Positions 9,355-17,507 of a stretch of DNA of 35,404 nucleotides are shown piece by piece. The stretch lies in the IMG/VR virus record IMGVR_UViG_3300038365_000136; one strand, written 5' to 3'. The translations under genes and the position numbers were made by a program. Origin of the DNA: a virus. Within the stretch, counting starts at the first letter, position 1. Each line of letters opens with the position of its first letter. The notes beneath the pieces are model-generated. The model saw only the letters and a list, made by a program, of their open reading frames with translations. It was not told where the DNA came from and ran no database searches.

Positions 9355-10722
9355 ATGGCTACACAGCAGTTCAAGCTCGATGACGGCCAGGGAGGATGGT
9401 TCCGCGAGTCCCGCCGCCATGCTGAGGCCGCCAAGAAGGGCATGGATGGCAGGGACCGGCATTTACCGGTAAATTCGCCCACCAAGCCAGTAGCCAAGAC
9501 CGCGCCCAAGGCCAAGAAGCCTAAGGTCGTCCCCGGCTCCACCATCACGACATATGGGGGAGGCCAGGCGGTCGTCCTCAAGGTCAGGAACAGCAGGGCC
9601 TACGGCCCATCATACGTCTACGGCTACGAGCCGGACGGGTTCACACCGATGGAGATGAGCGGCCATAGCGTCGTGGCCGTGGACGGCGAATGGATAGTTC
9701 CAGAGGAAAACAAATTCCGGCAGTTGCTTGAGAGGGATGGCTTCTGCCCTACCAAGCTCCAGACCGAGACCCTGTCTCTGGAGCCGGAGGCCGCTCCGGC
9801 CGTCGAGCTCCCCCCGCTCCAGGATGGGGAACAATACCAGGTCGTTCAGCTCGATGGTGCGTACATCAACAAGGGATGGGCGAGGACCGGCGACCCCCAG
9901 AAGGCTCTAAGCGCCCTCAAGGAGGCCCAGGACGTCCTCCGCCTCTCTGGTCGGGAGGCCAAGTTCGAAATCATCCCCGCCAGGTCTCTGGATGACGCCA
10001 GGGAGATAGTCCGCAACCGGGGCAAGAGCGACTTCCTGGTGACCGGAGACACCTACGACAACCGCCACTGGCTCAAGGAGTTTGGCCTCAAATGGGACTA
10101 CAATGCTCAGGGCTATCGGGGTAAGCTCTCCCCCGCTCAGGCCGAGAAGGTCAAGGCAAGGGACGGGCTCAGCGTCGAAAGTTCCACCGAGTACACCTAT
10201 GACGAGCAGCGCGACTCTCGCATCGCTCGGGCTGAGGCCAAGGCCGATCGCTACGAAGGCTACGCCAAAAACGCCCGTGAACGTGGCGACTCCCGGCTGG
10301 ACGCCGCTGACAAACGCAGCGAGAGGTTCGAGTTCGGGCAGCCCATCCTAGTAGGTCATCACAGCGAGAAGGGGGCGCGTCGGGACGCCGATCGGATATG
10401 GAGCGACACCAAGAAGGGCTTTGAGGAGCACAAGAAGGCCGATGATTACGAGCACAGGGCCAAAGAAGTGGTCGCACAGGCGTCACGGCGCAAGGGCGAG
10501 ACCGAGGGCCACCGGAACGAGGTCCGGCAGCGGAACAGATCCAGGGTGAAAGAAGGAACCAGAATACAGCACCTGATTTTCGGCGAAGGTGTCGTGAAGA
10601 AGATCAACACCAAGACCATGAAGGTGGAGTTCGACAGCAAGGCCGGAGGCGGGGCGAAGTTCTCCCCCAACATCGATTACGCTGATTCATTCGTAGTAAA
10701 GGATGGAGGCAACCAAGCATGA
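9355..10722 (+). CDS. Tag-array protein 3: multidomain protein with DUF3560-like domain and C-terminal Tudor/SH3-like domain
   Basis: Tag GGWFRESRRHAEAAKKG; GQPILVGHHSEKGARRDADRI (DUF3560 signature); GTRIQHLIFGEGVV...KVEFD resembles the PcrA/UvrD C-terminal Tudor; VTGDTYDNRHWLKEFGLKWD resembles DUF5710-type domains. Confidence 0.8.
   Translation: MATQQFKLDDGQGGWFRESRRHAEAAKKGMDGRDRHLPVNSPTKPVAKTAPKAKKPKVVPGSTITTYGGGQAVVLKVRNSRAYGPSYVYGYEPDGFTPMEMSGHSVVAVDGEWIVPEENKFRQLLERDGFCPTKLQTETLSLEPEAAPAVELPPLQDGEQYQVVQLDGAYINKGWARTGDPQKALSALKEAQDVLRLSGREAKFEIIPARSLDDAREIVRNRGKSDFLVTGDTYDNRHWLKEFGLKWDYNAQGYRGKLSPAQAEKVKARDGLSVESSTEYTYDEQRDSRIARAEAKADRYEGYAKNARERGDSRLDAADKRSERFEFGQPILVGHHSEKGARRDADRIWSDTKKGFEEHKKADDYEHRAKEVVAQASRRKGETEGHRNEVRQRNRSRVKEGTRIQHLIFGEGVVKKINTKTMKVEFDSKAGGGAKFSPNIDYADSFVVKDGGNQA
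9461..9474. promoter_or_regulatory. 14-bp palindrome ATTTACCGGTAAAT, copy 2 (intragenic)
   Basis: Exact copy within ORF 9355. Confidence 0.55.
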
Positions 10723-11942
10723 CCAAAGCACAAGGTTCCGGCTGGCATCGAGAATCAAGACGCCACGCCGAAGCGGCCAAGAAGGGACGGCGGGGACGCC
10801 CTCTCAGGAACGAGGGGCCATCGTCCAGCGGCATGTACGTGACCACCTACCCCGTCAAGACCGTCAAGGTCGGGAAGAAGAAGTACGACATCCCCGTCGG
10901 TCCGGACGGCAAGGTGCCGGAAGAAGCGATCGTCGCCCGCTTCCTCGACGAGTATGAGGGAGACCGCGACGGTGGCAAGCGCAACATCGTCATCGATGCT
11001 CACGATTGGGCCGCCACTCGCATCGAGCCGAACCCCACCCCCGAGCAGATCAAGGACTGGTGGGCGCATCCGAACGAGAGCGACATCAAGAACGTCGACA
11101 CTCCCGACGCCAACATCTTCAACATGGCCGAAGGGATGGGCAAGGGCTCCAAGGATGCCAACCAGGCCATTGCCATAGTCGGCGGGACGGAGCCGCAGCG
11201 CAAGGAGGTTCGCAAGGCCATCGCCGACGGATTCACTGTCAAAGAGCAGAAGGCCATGCGCGGCACGACCATCTACATCACCGACCTCTCCAAATGCGCC
11301 GGGCAGTACCACGGCAAGAGCAAGGACGGCAGCTATCTCATCAAGCTCGACCGCCGGTACGGGGTCGAGGCGGACACCGTCACCCATGAGATGATCCACC
11401 ATCTCCGGGCGGTCGATGAGAAGCGCGACGATCCACTCGTCAAGGCCCGCAGCCCCTACGTCGGCAAGGACCGCGATCTCGAAGAAGCGGCCACCGTCGC
11501 CGAGACCCAGGCAAGGCACAAACCTTACGACTTCTGTGGCAACGATGGCTACTACGGGCTTGTCAAGAACGGCAGCACCAAGCGCCACGAGGACCGAGGG
11601 ACCTTCACCCGGAAGGAGGTCGTGAAGGACCAGAACGGCATCGTGCACCCGCCGAAGAACCCCCAGCTCGTCCAATCCGGCAAGAAGGGCCAACGTGCTC
11701 TCAAGGCCACCAAGGACGGATGGAAGGACTCCAACATCGCACACCTGAACATCACCAAGGGCAAGGCCGAGGCCATCGACCAGTGGTACACCATCACCGA
11801 GAACGGCAAGACCGTGAAGAATGTTCAGGTATACTCCCCACAAGGCGTCCAGGCCAAGGTCCGCCCGAGAGCCGGACAGACCGTTTATGAGTACCGCGAC
11901 GGCAAGAAGGTCAAGATCGCCCAGAAACGGAGGTCGAACTGA
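10719..11942 (+). CDS. Tag-array protein 4: putative zincin-like metallopeptidase
   Basis: Tag GSGWHRESRRHAEAAKKG; AGQY...TVTHEMIH (HExxH) with downstream DLEEAA. Confidence 0.75.
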   Translation: MTKAQGSGWHRESRRHAEAAKKGRRGRPLRNEGPSSSGMYVTTYPVKTVKVGKKKYDIPVGPDGKVPEEAIVARFLDEYEGDRDGGKRNIVIDAHDWAATRIEPNPTPEQIKDWWAHPNESDIKNVDTPDANIFNMAEGMGKGSKDANQAIAIVGGTEPQRKEVRKAIADGFTVKEQKAMRGTTIYITDLSKCAGQYHGKSKDGSYLIKLDRRYGVEADTVTHEMIHHLRAVDEKRDDPLVKARSPYVGKDRDLEEAATVAETQARHKPYDFCGNDGYYGLVKNGSTKRHEDRGTFTRKEVVKDQNGIVHPPKNPQLVQSGKKGQRALKATKDGWKDSNIAHLNITKGKAEAIDQWYTITENGKTVKNVQVYSPQGVQAKVRPRAGQTVYEYRDGKKVKIAQKRRSN

Positions 11943-12187
11943 TGCCGCGCAACAAAGGCTCCGGCTGGCATGGCGAGTCCAGGAGACATGCTGAGGCAGC
12001 CAGAAAAGGCCGCCAGCCGAGGTCTTACCGTCAGCGTATGCAGGCGATTCCGATCGACAAAACGGAGCCATGCCTGACCTGCGGCGCTCCGACGCTGCCG
12101 GGCCGGACCCTGTGCCTGAGATGCGCCAACGATTTCAAGAAAGGAGCCGGAGAGAAGGGCGGCTACAACCCTTCAAGGAACTGGTGA
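11942..12187 (+). CDS. Tag-array protein 5: small C4 zinc-finger protein
   Basis: Tag GSGWHGESRRHAEAARKG; CLTC-x10-CLRC. Confidence 0.75.
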   Translation: MPRNKGSGWHGESRRHAEAARKGRQPRSYRQRMQAIPIDKTEPCLTCGAPTLPGRTLCLRCANDFKKGAGEKGGYNPSRNW

Positions 12188-12191
12188 TACC

Positions 12192-12629
12192 ATGTCCAGA
12201 GCACAAGGTTCAGGCTGGTACGGAGAGTCCAGGAGACACGCCGAAGCGGCCAAGAAGGGAAGAGGACCGATCCACCAGCCCCGGCCGGTCAAGCACTACG
12301 ACAACTACCCTGGCGGCGGTCCCTTCGAGTTCGCCCTCGACGGCACCGCCCAGAACATCGAGGACCGGCTCCGGGACGGCGAGAAGAAAGAAGATGTCGA
12401 ATGGGAGATCGAGGAGGTCAAAGGTTCTTACGACCTCCTCGACCGGGAGCACAAGGCCAGCTTCAAAGCCCATGCCCAGAAGAACTATCCGAGGTTCTCC
12501 AAGCAGATGGGATGGCGGACCGCCCCGAAGCAAGGCCGCAAGCCCTCCTCTCGCCCCATGGATCTTGATAGTGAGACCGAGTTGATCAATGAGATCGAAC
12601 GCGAGACCTACGGGAGGTCGAGGATCTGA
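12192..12629 (+). CDS. Tag-array protein 6
   Basis: Tag GSGWYGESRRHAEAAKKG; acidic central region. Confidence 0.8.
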   Translation: MSRAQGSGWYGESRRHAEAAKKGRGPIHQPRPVKHYDNYPGGGPFEFALDGTAQNIEDRLRDGEKKEDVEWEIEEVKGSYDLLDREHKASFKAHAQKNYPRFSKQMGWRTAPKQGRKPSSRPMDLDSETELINEIERETYGRSRI

Positions 12630-13204
12630 GCGAGGCATCCAGCGGTTCAGGATGGCACCGGGAGTCCAGGAGGCACCACGACGCCGCCCTAAAAGGGCGC
12701 GATCGTAGCGCCGCCAAAACCGTCCAGCTTTCCCTAAAGGACGGCTACCGGAAAGAGCGGAGGCCCAGGAGCTCATCGCCGGACGCCAGCTATCAGGTCG
12801 CCTACCTCCAGGCATTCCTCAAGGCCGAGCAGCGAGACATCAAGCAAAATAACAAGCTGTACAAGGAGATCGTCGAGCGGGACCCCTTCGACGACGCCCA
12901 GGTAAACATCATTGACCTTATCCAGGAAGGACAGGCTCGCATCGACCTCCTCCAGCCGCTCATCGAGGAGGCCCGATCGAAGGGCATGAGCAACCAGGCG
13001 TTCGCTAATCAGCTTAGGACCAGACAGGTCAAGCTCAACACCAAGGCCGATAAGCTCCAACAGAAGGAGGAGATCCTCGGGGAGACCGACTACGACGAGG
13101 ATGAGTTCGAGAAGGTCATTAACGCCCGACACGCCGCCGAGTGGCAAAGCATGGTCCTGACGGGGATCATCCACGACATCGAGCGGGGTGAGACGTTCAG
13201 ATGA
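12626..13204 (+). CDS. Tag-array protein 7 (CTG start, helical/coiled, 192 aa); only its last 72 aa appear in the ORF track
   Basis: CTG at 12626 overlaps the previous TGA, 7 nt after GGGAGGT; translation (M)SEASSGSGWHRESRRHHDAALKG... is open and in frame with track ORF 12986-13204. Confidence 0.75.
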   Translation: MSEASSGSGWHRESRRHHDAALKGRDRSAAKTVQLSLKDGYRKERRPRSSSPDASYQVAYLQAFLKAEQRDIKQNNKLYKEIVERDPFDDAQVNIIDLIQEGQARIDLLQPLIEEARSKGMSNQAFANQLRTRQVKLNTKADKLQQKEEILGETDYDEDEFEKVINARHAAEWQSMVLTGIIHDIERGETFR

Positions 13205-14175
13205 GCAAGCCACAAGGCTCCGGCTGGTGGCGTCAGACCCGCCGCCATCGAGAGGCGGCGCTCAAGGGAACACACGGAAAGAGGACCTCCCACTCCAAGG
13301 CCAAGAAGAAAGAGGGACGGATATCGCAGGTGCAGCTAGACGCGCTCAGAGCCGAGTACCGGGACTCCCGCTCCCCACGCTCCGTCAGCGCCGATCTCCG
13401 CACCACTTCGAAGAACATACTCGATCCCACCGACCCTAAGCAGGTACGGAGGTGGAAGCGCGACCCCTCCCGAGCCGACCTCGACGGGGTCGACACCGAG
13501 TCGCAGAACCTCTATCGGATCAAGGTCGAAACGCTCCCGAAGGTCGAATCACGGAAAGAGTACGTCAAGAAAATCGTCGAGAACGCCCGGAATCGCGCCA
13601 AAGCCCTCCGTTCTAGGGCTAAGACGGGCGAAGACACCTCCGAGGCCCTCAAAAGGGCCGCAAACGAGGCTAGAGAAGCTCTAACCCTAGCCGGACGCGA
13701 TGTCGAGGGCATCTTCGGCGACGCGAAGAAGGAGCAGGATTCGAGGATCCGCACCTATCAGGGCAAGTGGTCGGCCGAGCGGCGCAAACGCGCCGAGACC
13801 GTCGCCGGTACCGTCGGCTGCACCATGTTCGAGGCTGATGCCATGATCGCCCGGGCCAAACGTGCTGGCCTCGACCATGATCTGGTCGATTGGGACGCCA
13901 TCCAGGGCAAGGACCTGGAGTTCTCAGAGCGCGTGGAGCGCCTCGAACGGCAGCTCGGCCGGGAGACCATGACCAAGTCCGAGGAGGACCACTACGTCGA
14001 CTGGCAACTGGAGAAGGCTGAGGGAGAGTTCAGCGACTTCATGGCCGAGCAGGAAGAGCGCCTGGTCGAGGAGTTCGGCGGCGACTACGACGCCATGTAC
14101 GCTCACGACCGGCACATCGATCGGAGAAGGGAGGAGGCAATGAGCTATTCCTACGACCCCCACGCCTACGGCTGA
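13201..14175 (+). CDS. Tag-array protein 8 (basic N-terminal half, acidic helical C-terminal half)
   Basis: Tag GSGWWRQTRRHREAALKG. Confidence 0.8.
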   Translation: MSKPQGSGWWRQTRRHREAALKGTHGKRTSHSKAKKKEGRISQVQLDALRAEYRDSRSPRSVSADLRTTSKNILDPTDPKQVRRWKRDPSRADLDGVDTESQNLYRIKVETLPKVESRKEYVKKIVENARNRAKALRSRAKTGEDTSEALKRAANEAREALTLAGRDVEGIFGDAKKEQDSRIRTYQGKWSAERRKRAETVAGTVGCTMFEADAMIARAKRAGLDHDLVDWDAIQGKDLEFSERVERLERQLGRETMTKSEEDHYVDWQLEKAEGEFSDFMAEQEERLVEEFGGDYDAMYAHDRHIDRRREEAMSYSYDPHAYG

Positions 14176-14179
14176 TCGC

Positions 14180-14193
14180 ATTTACCGGAAAAT
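14180..14193. promoter_or_regulatory. Palindrome copy 3, ATTTACCGGAAAAT (intergenic, 1 mismatch)
   Basis: Lies between ORF 13201 and the SD of ORF 14209. Confidence 0.55.
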
Positions 14194-14208
14194 ACCAGGA
14201 GGAATGGC

Positions 14209-14391
14209 ATGGCAAGAAGCAAGAGAAGCAAGAGTGCGTCATGGCACATGGAACGGCGCAAGAAATATCGAACGAGCACCGGGGCGGACTCGGCCAAGCG
14301 GCCTAGTCCTGGCACCCGGACGAAGTGCTTTGTGAAGGGCTACCGGAAGAAGGATGGGACCCGGATCAGAGGGCACTATCGGAGCATATGA
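14209..14391 (+). CDS. Small, very basic protein; the only array member without an intact tag
   Basis: GGAGG SD; SASWHMERRK may be a degenerate tag; C-terminal FVKGYRKKDGTRIRGHYRS. Confidence 0.6.
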   Translation: MARSKRSKSASWHMERRKKYRTSTGADSAKRPSPGTRTKCFVKGYRKKDGTRIRGHYRSI

Positions 14392-14401
14392 GGAGGAAAA
14401 C

Positions 14402-15106
14402 ATGGCAAGAAAACAATCGATGCAAACCTCTATCGTTGGGAGGAAACAAACCCGACTGAGTGAGAATGGAAGCGGATGGTGGAAGGAGCCCCGCCGCCAC
14501 CGCGAGGCAGCTTTAAGGGGGCAGAGAAGGGCAGCTTCTGACGGACAGCAGGTCAAGCCGGAGAAGATCGAGAGGTTCAGCAGAGCCAGCGCCGCGCGTT
14601 CCACATCGGCCGCCACCCGCCCGGAGCCGACTCCCGCTAAGGACCGTTACGCCGATCTCCGGGCCCCGCCGAGCAGCGCCGAGCTACCGAAGTTCGTTGA
14701 TGGCTGGCCCAAGAAGGATGGGCGCGACGTCCCCCACATCGAGAGATGGGACTCCGAGGACGGGTTCATCGTCGCCGGTCCCGCATATGAGAACCACAAG
14801 CGGGGAAGGAACTGGCTTGCAACCATAGATACCGACCCTACCGCCCCCGGAGGTCTCAAGAGGGATTTCGTCGATCGAGGCAAGGGCCGGTACATGTATC
14901 GCAACCAGCTCGACGTCGGCGACGCCTTCGAGGTCGGCGCTGATTATTACACCGGCGGAGGGAGTAAGAACTCCAATCGGGAATATGGTGTGATCATCGA
15001 GAAGCATGGTGGCACCGTTCAGGTCCTTCGCTTTAAGGAGCCAGAGGACGCCATCAAGTTCTCCAGAGAGATGAGGAGCGCCATCAAATGGGCTGAAAGC
15101 AACTGA
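14402..15106 (+). CDS. Tag-array protein 9 with phage-type C-terminal domain
   Basis: ATG 14402 after GAGGAGG; tag GSGWWKEPRRHREAALRG about 20 aa in; RNWLATI...GGLKRDFV...GDAFEVGADYY domain. Confidence 0.75.
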   Translation: MARKQSMQTSIVGRKQTRLSENGSGWWKEPRRHREAALRGQRRAASDGQQVKPEKIERFSRASAARSTSAATRPEPTPAKDRYADLRAPPSSAELPKFVDGWPKKDGRDVPHIERWDSEDGFIVAGPAYENHKRGRNWLATIDTDPTAPGGLKRDFVDRGKGRYMYRNQLDVGDAFEVGADYYTGGGSKNSNREYGVIIEKHGGTVQVLRFKEPEDAIKFSREMRSAIKWAESN

Positions 15107-15122
15107 AAAGGAGGCAACCAAT

Positions 15123-15836
15123 ATGGCAAAAGGAGATGGAAGTGGATGGCATCGGGAGTCCCGACGCCATGCTGAGGCAGCGAAGAAAGGACGACCGACC
15201 CACGCCAAGGCGGGGGCGAAGAAGCCAGGGAGGACCGTGGAGGGCAAATTCTCGGACCCGGATGCTGCATGGGACAGGTTCGTGAACTATGGGAATGATC
15301 CAATGAACCATACGATGCTATCCCCGTCCGGATTTCTGCAACATTACCACCCAGGAATGACTAACAGGCAGGCCATTGATGCCGAGCTTGTCGATATCAG
15401 CAGGAGGGAGAACATCGACTTCTCAAAGTCGAACATCCGGGAAATGCTCGTAAAATACCTGGACACCGAGGTCGGCACAGACAGATACCAAGAGTTGCTG
15501 AGGGACCCTCTGTTCGTCGGCAACGGCCATGAGGCTCAGACTCTTTCTGACTGGAACAATATCGTGAGGGAACGCTCGAAATACAACACCCCTGCCGACT
15601 ACTATCCGACCGAGGCCGAGGCCATTGGATACATCAAGGCCAGGACGTTCGAGCCAGAAGTGGCTCAGACGCTCTATCGGAAAGGGATAACTCCGGAGCA
15701 GGCGGCAATCGTGACCGAAGTAGGCATAGGCGGTTACAGAGACACCATCGGCTATAAGGTATCGAACGGCGACCTGTCATATCCAGAGGCCAAAGAAATT
15801 GCCAGACGGAACGGCGCTAGGGCGAGAGGAACCTGA
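15123..15836 (+). CDS. Tag-array protein 10 (paralog of protein 11)
   Basis: Tag GSGWHRESRRHAEAAKKGRPTHA; C-terminal GGYRDTIGYKVSNGDL. Confidence 0.8.
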   Translation: MAKGDGSGWHRESRRHAEAAKKGRPTHAKAGAKKPGRTVEGKFSDPDAAWDRFVNYGNDPMNHTMLSPSGFLQHYHPGMTNRQAIDAELVDISRRENIDFSKSNIREMLVKYLDTEVGTDRYQELLRDPLFVGNGHEAQTLSDWNNIVRERSKYNTPADYYPTEAEAIGYIKARTFEPEVAQTLYRKGITPEQAAIVTEVGIGGYRDTIGYKVSNGDLSYPEAKEIARRNGARARGT

Positions 15837-15840
15837 ATAC

Positions 15841-16479
15841 ATGACCCGAGGTGAAGGCTCTGGATGGCATCGAGAATCGAGACGCCATGCTGAGGCAGCG
15901 AAGAAAGGCAGACCGACCCACGCCAGGGCATCAAGAGCAAGGCCAGTCAAAAAGACGCCGGATAGCTGGAAATACACCTCGTCGCGTGAAGCATGGAATC
16001 ACGCGGTCGGAGGAGAATGGACCGCCAAGGAGTTCATGGATTACTCCGGAAAGGACTCCATCGCCGGGGCTGTGGACGCCTTCCTGGACGACTACCCATC
16101 GAAGGATTTCGAGGACCACCGGATCCCAGGAAGCAACGCCAGAGAGATGCTCATCAAATACATCTCGCGGGACATGGGATCGGATAAGCTACGCGCATAC
16201 ACCAGAGAAGTGGACGGGCCACAAGATCAGGAGTGGGCCGCGATCGTCTCCGATTACAAGGACGGCAGGAACGACACGCTGCCAACTGAGGACGAAGTTA
16301 TCCGATACATCAAAGCAGGAGCGTTCGATCCAGACGCCGTCGTACAAATGTATAGGTCAGACATAACTCCCGACATGGCTGGACTCCGAACGAGCGCCGG
16401 GACGGGCGGCTACTCCGGTACGGTCGGCTACAAGATCTCCAACGGCGATCTGCGCGTGGAAGACCTCAAGTCCAGATGA
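15841..16479 (+). CDS. Tag-array protein 11 (paralog of protein 10)
   Basis: ATG 15841; tag GSGWHRESRRHAEAAKKGRPTHA; C-terminal GGYSGTVGYKISNGDL. Confidence 0.8.
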   Translation: MTRGEGSGWHRESRRHAEAAKKGRPTHARASRARPVKKTPDSWKYTSSREAWNHAVGGEWTAKEFMDYSGKDSIAGAVDAFLDDYPSKDFEDHRIPGSNAREMLIKYISRDMGSDKLRAYTREVDGPQDQEWAAIVSDYKDGRNDTLPTEDEVIRYIKAGAFDPDAVVQMYRSDITPDMAGLRTSAGTGGYSGTVGYKISNGDLRVEDLKSR

Positions 16480-16505
16480 GCAGATCCAAAAACCCTTTCC
16501 GTTCT

Positions 16506-16521
16506 TACTTTTGCAAAAGTA
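16506..16521. other. Perfect 16-bp palindrome TACTTTTGCAAAAGTA in the convergent intergenic gap
   Basis: Self-complementary; follows pyrimidine tracts downstream of the tag array. Confidence 0.5.
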
Positions 16522-16640
16522 TGACCCCCATTTCCCAGGGGGCCGGCGGGATCCAACGAGTGGATGATTTCTACGGATCGATCGCTTTCCAGCGTAATCA
16601 ATCCATTTTCTGGTTGATTTCAATCCACAGGCCGAAGCCT

Positions 16641-16660
16641 GACGCTCCGTAATGAGCGTC
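16641..16660 (-). terminator. Hairpin GACGCTC-CGTAAT-GAGCGTC, possible terminator of the minus-strand block
   Basis: 7-bp perfect stem 10 nt past the stop of ORF 16671-17465. Confidence 0.35.
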
Positions 16661-16670
16661 CCGAATATAA

Positions 16671-17465
16671 CTAGCTATCTTCGCCCTCCGGGGTTTCATC
16701 CAGCGCGTTGAAGGCCGCGCGGACCGAGCCGAAATGCCGGCGCGTCGCGTTGTACAGCCGCTTATCGGCCCTCTGTATGGTAGTGGCGCGGACGTCCTCC
16801 CCACGGTCCCGGAGCGCCCTCAGCTCGCGCAGCACCTCGTCCCCGGTCATGGCCGCCGCCCTCCGCCCCCTGGCCCTGGTGACCGGCACGCCTCCCAGGG
16901 GCAGCCCCGCCTCCGCGCGTCGCCGGCGGTCCAGGGCGGCGTCCACTGCCTGGTAGAACGATCCGTAGTACCGCCGCGCCGCCTTGTAGACGCTGGGGTC
17001 CGCCTCCTCGACCACCTCGGCCGTCAGCGGCAGGCCGGAGTCCATGTGCCGCAGCAGCCACAGCAGCGTATTATCACCGTCCAGCGCCCGCCGCTTGCGC
17101 ACCCCGGCGTAGTCGATGCCGGCCGCCGCGACGGCCCTCTCCCAGGTTCCGAAGCGGTACGCCCCGGCCGCGACCAGATCGGGGCGGGCCGCCTGGACGC
17201 GGACGTGGCCAAGGTCCTCCCCCCGTGAGCGCATCGCCCTGATCTCGCCGATGATGGCCTTGGGCGTCCACCGCCTCCGGTGGCGGACGCGCTCCAGCCC
17301 GGCAGCCTTCAGCGCCGCATCCAGGGAGCCGAAGTACCTGACGCTCGCATAATAGAGCGGCCCTGAAAGGCTCCGCAGCTCCTTGAGGGACATCTCCACC
17401 CCGGCGGCCTCCAGCTCCCTCAGATCGGCGACGATGCGGCCGCAGCTCCACCTAGTGTTGGTCAT
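16671..17465 (-). CDS. Protein of four homing-endonuclease-associated-type helical repeats, no nuclease domain
   Basis: Four ~52-aa repeats, e.g. RWTPKAIIGEIRAM...AYRFGTWERAVAAAGI and ...RYFGSLDAALKAAGL; locally very high GC. Confidence 0.75.
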   Translation of the reverse strand: MTNTRWSCGRIVADLRELEAAGVEMSLKELRSLSGPLYYASVRYFGSLDAALKAAGLERVRHRRRWTPKAIIGEIRAMRSRGEDLGHVRVQAARPDLVAAGAYRFGTWERAVAAAGIDYAGVRKRRALDGDNTLLWLLRHMDSGLPLTAEVVEEADPSVYKAARRYYGSFYQAVDAALDRRRRAEAGLPLGGVPVTRARGRRAAAMTGDEVLRELRALRDRGEDVRATTIQRADKRLYNATRRHFGSVRAAFNALDETPEGEDS

Positions 17466-17507
17466 GCCTCACCGCCGAGGCGACGTAACGCACGATCTCA
17501 GGATAGT

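Noticed and set aside
8446-16479. Tag array as an integron-like cassette array, CRISPR array or DGR
   Set aside because: No room for attC hairpins (genes overlap or nearly abut), repeats diverge at synonymous sites, spacing is gene-sized, and no reverse transcriptase or cas gene is seen.
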